Translations under genes and position numbers: made by a program
Assembly (NCBI GenBank): GCA_041747675.1
Contig: JBGTES010000002.1
Location: forward strand, 66,538 to 130,537
Length of the DNA: 64,000 bases
Direction of reading: 5' to 3'
From: Flavobacteriales bacterium
GTDB lineage: Bacteria > Bacteroidota > Bacteroidia > Flavobacteriales_F > PHOS-HE28
The notes under the pieces: model-generated
The model's input: only the letters and a program-made list of their open reading frames with translations
Database searches by the model: none
What the model was told of the DNA's origin: nothing
Part shown: one piece after another, positions 58,595-64,000 of the stretch
Layout of the letters: each line of letters starts with the position of its first letter
Numbering within the stretch: position 1 is the first letter of the stretch

Positions 58595-58945
58595 ATGCCC
58601 TACAAGGAGAGGACGGTCGGCAAGCTCTACTGGACCATCGGCGAGGTGGCCTCTGAACTGGGTGTGAACACCTCCACGATCCGTTACTGGGAAAAGGAAT
58701 TCGGCACTGTGCGGCCCAAGCGCACCGAGCGTGGCGACCGGCACTATACGGGCAAAGACATCGAGCAGCTCAAACGCATACAGCACCTATTGAAGGAGAA
58801 AGGCTTCACGTTGCAAGGTGCAAAGGATCAATTGCGAACGGGTGCTGCACATGCTGCCCCCGGGCCCATTGACCGCATCGCCGATCTGCGAGAACGCCTG
58901 CTGGCTGTGCGCAAAGCGCTGGTGGTCCTGCGCAACAAACTGTAG
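58595..58945 (+). CDS. MerR-family transcriptional regulator
   Basis: HTH YWTIGEVASELGVNTSTIRYWEKEFG, then a coiled-coil dimerisation helix. Confidence 0.75.
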   Translation: MPYKERTVGKLYWTIGEVASELGVNTSTIRYWEKEFGTVRPKRTERGDRHYTGKDIEQLKRIQHLLKEKGFTLQGAKDQLRTGAAHAAPGPIDRIADLRERLLAVRKALVVLRNKL

Positions 58946-58953
58946 GTTTCCGG

Positions 58954-59922
58954 TCAGAGGTACGCGGCCCGCTCCAGATAGTTGGTCACGTAGTCCGTCA
59001 CACCCTCCTCCAAGGTCATGAAGGGCTTGTCGAATCCGATGCCCCGGAGCTTCTCCATGCGTGCTTCGGTGAAATACTGATACTTGTCCCGGATGTCAGC
59101 AGGAGTGTCGACGAATTCGATGTGATCCTTCTTTCCCATCGCTGTGAAGGTGGCGCGCGCCAGGTCCAGGAAGCTGCGTGCCCTGCCACTGCCAAGATTG
59201 TAGAGGCCACTGTCCTTGCGATGCTCCATCAGGAAGAGGCACACCGCGCAGACATCCTTCACGTACACGAAGTCGCGCAACTGTTCGCCATCCTTGTAGT
59301 CGGGCCGGTGGCTGCGGAAGAGCTTCACGCCACCCGTGTCGCGGATCTGATCGAAGGCATGGTAGACCACGCTGGCCATCCGGCCCTTGTGGTACTCATT
59401 GGGACCATACACATTGAAGAACTTCAGGCCAGCCCAGAAGTAAGGCTTCTTCTCCTGCGCGAGGGCCCACAGGTCGAAGGCATTCTTGCTCTCCCCGTAA
59501 GGATTCAATGGCCTCAGGCATTGCGGCAGGGTGTCGTCGGCATCACTGTAGCCCAGTTCACCGCCCCCATAAGTGGCCGCGCTGGATGCGTAGACCAGTG
59601 GGATACCGAACTTCACACAGGCCTGCCACATGCGCTGGCTGTAGCCCACGTTCAATTCGTCGAAGATGGCTTTGTCGAACTCGGTGGTATCGGTGCGCGC
59701 ACCCAGATGGAAGATGAACTGCACCAGTTTCTCGTTCGCTTCCAGCCAGGCGAAGAACTCGCTTCGGTCGATCCTGGCGCTCAGCTTCTTACCTTGAAGG
59801 TTGGGAGCCTTGTCGGCCCGGGAAAAATCGTCCACCGCCACGATGTCCTGCCAGCCCTCGCGCAGCAATTCACTCACCAAGGCACTTCCAATGAAGCCGG
59901 CCGCTCCGGTCACTACGATCAT
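58954..59922 (-). CDS. hldD: ADP-L-glycero-D-manno-heptose-6-epimerase (SDR family)
   Basis: MIVVTGAAGFIGS Rossmann start. YASSAATYG / YGESK catalytic region closely mirrors HldD/RfaD. ATG at 59922. Confidence 0.75.
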   Translation of the reverse strand: MIVVTGAAGFIGSALVSELLREGWQDIVAVDDFSRADKAPNLQGKKLSARIDRSEFFAWLEANEKLVQFIFHLGARTDTTEFDKAIFDELNVGYSQRMWQACVKFGIPLVYASSAATYGGGELGYSDADDTLPQCLRPLNPYGESKNAFDLWALAQEKKPYFWAGLKFFNVYGPNEYHKGRMASVVYHAFDQIRDTGGVKLFRSHRPDYKDGEQLRDFVYVKDVCAVCLFLMEHRKDSGLYNLGSGRARSFLDLARATFTAMGKKDHIEFVDTPADIRDKYQYFTEARMEKLRGIGFDKPFMTLEEGVTDYVTNYLERAAYL

Positions 59923-60003
59923 GTTCCAGTCGCTTAAGCCTGATGGCGAAAGCGGACCGCGAAGGTAGGAGCCGTCCAACCTCGGCCCCTACCTTCGCTG
60001 CCC

Positions 60004-60432
60004 ATGCCCATTGTCCACATCACCCGTCGGGAGCGCTTCTCTGCTGCGCACCGTTTGGCCCGGCCGGATTGGAGCGATGAAAAGAATTCACAGGTCTTCG
60101 GTAAATGCGCGAACCCCAACTGGCATGGGCACAATTATGTCCTTTGGGTGACCGTGGCGGGGGAACAGGATCCGGAAACGAGCTTCGTGACCGACTTAAG
60201 CAAGCTCAGCAGGCTCATCAAGGAATACGTGATCGACCATCTGGACCATAAGAACATCGACCTGGACGTACCGTTCATGAAGGGGCGTTACAGCAGCACA
60301 GAGAATTTGTGTGTGGCCATCTGGGAACAATTGGAGGCTCCCGTCAAGGCTTTGGGCGTCGCACTGAAGACCGTGAAGGTGGGGGAGACGGAGAACAACT
60401 ACGCTGAATATCATGGTATCCAGGGAACATGA
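60004..60432 (+). CDS. queD: 6-carboxy-5,6,7,8-tetrahydropterin synthase / 6-pyruvoyl-tetrahydropterin synthase family (QueD-like)
   Basis: RFSAAHRL zinc-binding start, CxxxHGH motif ([11 protein letters not shown]), 142 aa. Confidence 0.8.
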   Translation: MPIVHITRRERFSAAHRLARPDWSDEKNSQVFGKCANPNWHGHNYVLWVTVAGEQDPETSFVTDLSKLSRLIKEYVIDHLDHKNIDLDVPFMKGRYSSTENLCVAIWEQLEAPVKALGVALKTVKVGETENNYAEYHGIQGT

Positions 60433-61042
60433 ACCCACGGGCGAGGGCTACGAGCGCATCGACCAGTACGACCCTGCGCTGATAGACCGCATCGCGGGCA
60501 AATACGGGGAGATCCTGCGTGCGATCGGCGAGGACCCGCAGCGCGAGGGGCTTTTGAGGACCCCCGAGCGTGTGGCCAAGGCCTTGCAATATCTCACCCA
60601 CGGCTACGATCTGGACCCCGCGGCGATACTGCGCAGCGCGATGTTCACCGAGGATTACAGCCAGATGGTGCTGGTGAAGGACATCGAGGTATACAGCATG
60701 TGCGAACACCATATGCTGCCCTTCTTCGGCAAGGCGCATATCGCCTACGTGCCCAACGGTCACATCGTGGGCCTGAGCAAGGTGCCCCGAGTGGTGGACG
60801 CCTTCGCGCGCCGCTTGCAGGTGCAGGAGCGTCTCACCAATGAGATCCGGGACTGCATGCACGACACTCTGGCTCCCCTAGGCGTGGCCGTCGTGATCGA
60901 ATGCAGCCACCTTTGCATGCAGATGCGCGGCATACAAAAACAGAATTCTGTGACCACCACATCGGCATTCACAGGCATCTTTCTGGACGACAGCAGGACA
61001 CGCGAGGAATTCATCAAACTGATCAGCGCCAAACTGCATTGA
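60413..61042 (+). CDS. folE: GTP cyclohydrolase I
   Basis: [22 protein letters not shown]...[16 protein letters not shown] canonical FolE motifs. Overlaps queD by 20 nt. Confidence 0.9.
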   Translation: MVSREHEPTGEGYERIDQYDPALIDRIAGKYGEILRAIGEDPQREGLLRTPERVAKALQYLTHGYDLDPAAILRSAMFTEDYSQMVLVKDIEVYSMCEHHMLPFFGKAHIAYVPNGHIVGLSKVPRVVDAFARRLQVQERLTNEIRDCMHDTLAPLGVAVVIECSHLCMQMRGIQKQNSVTTTSAFTGIFLDDSRTREEFIKLISAKLH

Positions 61043-61126
61043 TGCATTGACCTCGTTCAACGAGCCATTACCCGTCGATCAATACTGAAGACAGTCACAG
61101 TGGAGGTCGACCTTAGCACCTGAACC

Positions 61127-61876
61127 ATGGAAACACCAAGCAACTTCCCCACACAACCGACCGGCCAGACCATTTACGGCCCCGACACGCAAGCAGCATC
61201 CACGGTACGCACTTTTCTCGCCAGTGTCTTCACCTACATGGCCATGGCTCTGTTGATCAGCGGCGTGATGGCGTATTGGTTCGGCCATGATATGGAGAAG
61301 CTGCGATACTTGATCAACTTCGAGACCGGCAGCCACACCGTCCTTGGTTGGGTGGTGATGCTGGCTCCGCTGGGCCTGGTCTTCGTGATGGGTGGCTTGA
61401 TGGAACGCATGAGCGGTGGTGCCTTGCTGGCCACCTTCATCGCCTTCTCCACCATCATGGGCATCAGCCTCAGCTACATCTTCCTCATCTATTCCATGTC
61501 GGCCATCGCCAATGTGTTCTTCATCACGGCCGTGGTATTCGGCATCATGGCGGTGATGGGCTACACCACCAAGACAGACCTCACCAAGTTGGGCAGCCTG
61601 CTCTTTATTGGGCTTATCGGCATCATTCTAGGCTCACTCGCCAACGCCTTCATTTTCAAGAGCGGTACTATGGACTACATCATCACCATCATCGGTGTGG
61701 CGGTGTTCACCGGCCTCACTGCCTACCACACACAGCGTCTGAAACAGATCGGAGAGACGGTGTTCAACGGCACCGAAGGAGCCCAGAAAATGGCGTTGAT
61801 GGGGGCCCTGAGCCTCTATCTGGCGTTCATCAACCTCTTTCTGATGTTGCTGCGTTTGCTGGGCGGCCGGCGATAA
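61127..61876 (+). CDS. Bax-inhibitor-1 / YccA-family membrane protein
   Basis: 7 TM helices. BI-1-family pattern (RTFLASVFTYMAMALLISGV...LYLAFINLF). Confidence 0.8.
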   Translation: METPSNFPTQPTGQTIYGPDTQAASTVRTFLASVFTYMAMALLISGVMAYWFGHDMEKLRYLINFETGSHTVLGWVVMLAPLGLVFVMGGLMERMSGGALLATFIAFSTIMGISLSYIFLIYSMSAIANVFFITAVVFGIMAVMGYTTKTDLTKLGSLLFIGLIGIILGSLANAFIFKSGTMDYIITIIGVAVFTGLTAYHTQRLKQIGETVFNGTEGAQKMALMGALSLYLAFINLFLMLLRLLGGRR

Positions 61877-61951
61877 GCAACAAGGAGAATTGAACATGCA
61901 CCACCTGTACATTCGACCCATTGGGCCGACCGAAAGACAAAATACCAACCG

Positions 61952-62827
61952 ATGACCGCCTACGTATTCCCCGGCCAAGGCAGCCAGTTCCCTGGCATGG
62001 GCAAGGACCTGTACGATGCTGACAGCAATGCCCGCATCTGGTTCGAACATGCCAACGATGTCCTGGGTTTCAACCTCACGGATGTGATGTTCAACGGTAG
62101 TGAAGCCGATCTGAAGCGGACAAATGTCACACAGCCCGCGATCTTCCTGCACAGCGTGGTGAAGGCCAAGGTGCTGGGGGATACGTTCCGTCCCGACATG
62201 GTGGCAGGGCATTCACTGGGGGAATTCAGTGCATTGGTGGCCGCCGGGGCGATGGAATTCGCCGATGGGTTGAAGCTGGTGGCCGCGCGTGCCAATGCGA
62301 TGCAGAAGGCCTGCGATCTGCAGCCCAGCACGATGGCTGCCATCCTTGGCCTGGAGGACGAAAAGGTGGAGGAGGTCTGCCGTACCATCCCCGGCGTGGT
62401 GGTGCCCGCCAATTACAATTGTCCCGGGCAGCTGGTGATCAGCGGCAGCGTGGTGGCCGTGAACGCCGCCTGCGAAGCTCTGAAGGCCGCCGGGGCCAAG
62501 CGCGCGCTGGTGCTGTCTGTGGGGGGCGCATTCCATAGCCCGCTGATGGAACCCGCCCGCGTGGAACTGGAAACGGCCATCGCGTTCACCCCCATCGTGG
62601 ACCCGCGCTGCCCCATCTATCAGAATGTGGATGCCCGCTCACATACCGTACCCGCCCGGATCAAAGCCAACCTCATCGCGCAGCTTACCGCACCGGTGCG
62701 CTGGACACAGACCATGCAGCACATGCTAAACGCTGGGGCCAACAAAGTGGTGGAGGTGGGTCCTGGCAATGTGTTGCAGGGGCTGTTCAAGAAGGTGAAC
62801 AAGGAGGTGGAGACGAGCGCGGCGTGA
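61952..62827 (+). CDS. fabD: Malonyl-CoA:ACP transacylase
   Basis: FPGQGSQ and GHSLGE active-site motifs, 291 aa. Confidence 0.9.
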   Translation: MTAYVFPGQGSQFPGMGKDLYDADSNARIWFEHANDVLGFNLTDVMFNGSEADLKRTNVTQPAIFLHSVVKAKVLGDTFRPDMVAGHSLGEFSALVAAGAMEFADGLKLVAARANAMQKACDLQPSTMAAILGLEDEKVEEVCRTIPGVVVPANYNCPGQLVISGSVVAVNAACEALKAAGAKRALVLSVGGAFHSPLMEPARVELETAIAFTPIVDPRCPIYQNVDARSHTVPARIKANLIAQLTAPVRWTQTMQHMLNAGANKVVEVGPGNVLQGLFKKVNKEVETSAA

Positions 62828-62842
62828 GCGCTCAGGCGGAAT

Positions 62843-63592
62843 TCAAAGCGTGCTGTTAAGCAGCTTCCCGCTCCCGATCAACTTGTGCAGGTATGGCCGC
62901 GTGAGGGTGTTGTGGATGGCCTGCACGTGATTCATGTTGTGGCAGTCACTGCCCAGGAGTTCGTAGTAGCCCGCGTCGATCATGCGCTCGGCGAGCTGTT
63001 TGGCCTGCGGCCCGTAGGCACCGGATAAGGCGATCAGGTTCAGTTGGAACAACACGCCACGCTCTTTCAATTCCGTGAACTTGCTGAAGTCATTGTACCA
63101 GAAGCTGTAGCGCTCGGGATGGGCCAGTACAGGATGATAGCCCTGGGTCTGCATCTGGAAGACCACCTGCCGCAACATGGCCGGCTCGCCGATGAAGGGG
63201 ACCTCGAAGAGCAGCAAGCGCTCGCCGAAGGTGAGCACCGCACCAGCGGTCACCTGCTCCTGAAGCGCATGGTCCAGGTAGTACTCGGCAGCAGCATCCA
63301 CTTCGATGTCAAGCCCCACGCTGCGGACCTCGGCTCGTAGTTTCTCCAGCCCACCGAGGATGATCGCCGGCGAGTTGCGGTAGCCATCGGCCATGCTGTG
63401 CGGGGTGGTGATCACCTTGCTGTAACCCAGTGCACGCATGGCGGTGAGCATCTCGATACTTTGCGCAAGGGTCTGTGCGCCATCATCGATCCCGGGGATC
63501 ATGTGTGAATGCACATCGGTACCCAACACGCCAAGATCCGCAGGCCCGAGCTCCGGTTCCTTCTTGCCGAATATGTTGGTGAGTAGGCCCAT
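62843..63592 (-). CDS. PHP-domain Mn-dependent protein-tyrosine phosphatase (CpsB/YwqE-like)
   Basis: DVHSHMIPGIDDGA N-terminal metal-binding motif and later HPERY, characteristic of CpsB/CapC/YwqE. Sits next to an rfbB gene. Confidence 0.75.
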   Translation of the reverse strand: MGLLTNIFGKKEPELGPADLGVLGTDVHSHMIPGIDDGAQTLAQSIEMLTAMRALGYSKVITTPHSMADGYRNSPAIILGGLEKLRAEVRSVGLDIEVDAAAEYYLDHALQEQVTAGAVLTFGERLLLFEVPFIGEPAMLRQVVFQMQTQGYHPVLAHPERYSFWYNDFSKFTELKERGVLFQLNLIALSGAYGPQAKQLAERMIDAGYYELLGSDCHNMNHVQAIHNTLTRPYLHKLIGSGKLLNSTL

Positions 63593-63602
63593 TCCTTAGG
63601 AA

Positions 63603-63698
63603 GAGGGTGCAAAGGTGGAAAAGTGCGAGGGTGGAAATGTGCAAAGGTGCGCGCATGAACGGCCACCTTGCACTGTTCCACCTTTCCACTCTTGCACA
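63603..63698. repeat. Intercistronic palindromic repeat element, copy 2 (GTGCAAAGGTGGAAAA family)
   Basis: GGTGCAAAGGTGGAAAAGTGCGAGGGTGGAAATGTGCAAAGGTG - CGCGCATGAACGGC - CACCTTGCACTGTTCCACCTTTCCACTCTTGCACAC. Same unit and palindromic architecture as 46831-46942. Lies between rfbB and the PHP phosphatase. Confidence 0.7.
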
Positions 63699-63708
63699 CG
63701 TTCCATCA

Positions 63709-64000
63709 TCACCCAGCGTAATGCGCCGCGTAATACTTCTGATACGCCCCGCTCGTCACATGCTCCAGCCACTCCGTATTGGCCAGGTACCAGTCCACCG
63801 TGCGCTCCAGGCCTTCCTCGAAGGTGATGCCCGGCTTCCACCCCAGCTCACGCTCGATCATGCCCGCGTCGATCGCGTAGCGCAGGTCGTGCCCGGCACG
63901 GTCGGTGACGTAGGTGATCAACTTCGCACTCTCCCCTTCGGCACGACCCAGTTTGCGGTCCATGATGCCACAGAGCAAGTGTATCAGGTCGATGTTCTTC
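63709..64000 (-). CDS. rfbB: dTDP-glucose 4,6-dehydratase, partial (N-terminus beyond window end)
   Basis: C-terminal region ...DRAGHDLRYAIDAGMIERELGWKPGITFEEGLERTVDWYLANTEWLEHV is the conserved RmlB C-terminus. The ORF runs off the window edge. Confidence 0.8.
   Translation of the reverse strand, partial: KNIDLIHLLCGIMDRKLGRAEGESAKLITYVTDRAGHDLRYAIDAGMIERELGWKPGITFEEGLERTVDWYLANTEWLEHVTSGAYQKYYAAHYAG

Overview
High-GC (about 65%) bacterial chromosome segment. The gene content is typical of Bacteroidota: T9SS C-terminal sorting domains, a PorU/PorV-like pair, TonB-dependent receptors with carboxypeptidase-regulatory N-domains, and SD-poor leaders. Coding density is high, with about 60 genes, one tRNA, and no rRNA, CRISPR array, transposase or integrase. 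Most genes are housekeeping: tig, ruvC, greA, ahcY, ribF, atpDC, alaS, folE/queD, fabD, ppx, an mlaFED operon, and two further ABC systems. Several stretches stand out. (1) A TPP (THI-box) riboswitch on the minus strand at about 25105-25200 precedes a TonB-dependent receptor and a T9SS-sorted protein. Directly upstream are two tandem NadR-type (AAA_28) kinase paralogs, and 3 kb away a PnuC-family transporter sits in an operon with ribF and a secreted LRR protein. (2) A large TBDR-like outer-membrane protein is fused 1 nt to a 1367-aa T9SS protein (PorU-like) that is followed by a PorV-like outer-membrane protein. (3) A block of four secreted proteins carries a decayed duplicate of a small OM beta-barrel gene, which points to module duplication. 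(4) Two families of short repeats occur: a palindromic GTGCAAAAGTGGAAAA-type element in two intercistronic sites, and GGTTGAGGG tandem repeats between mlaF and mlaD plus upstream of pnuC. (5) A 23-bp perfect hairpin sits between atpD and atpC. Gene starts were refined by eye. The ORF track uses TTG/GTG as M, so several track starts were moved to internal ATGs.
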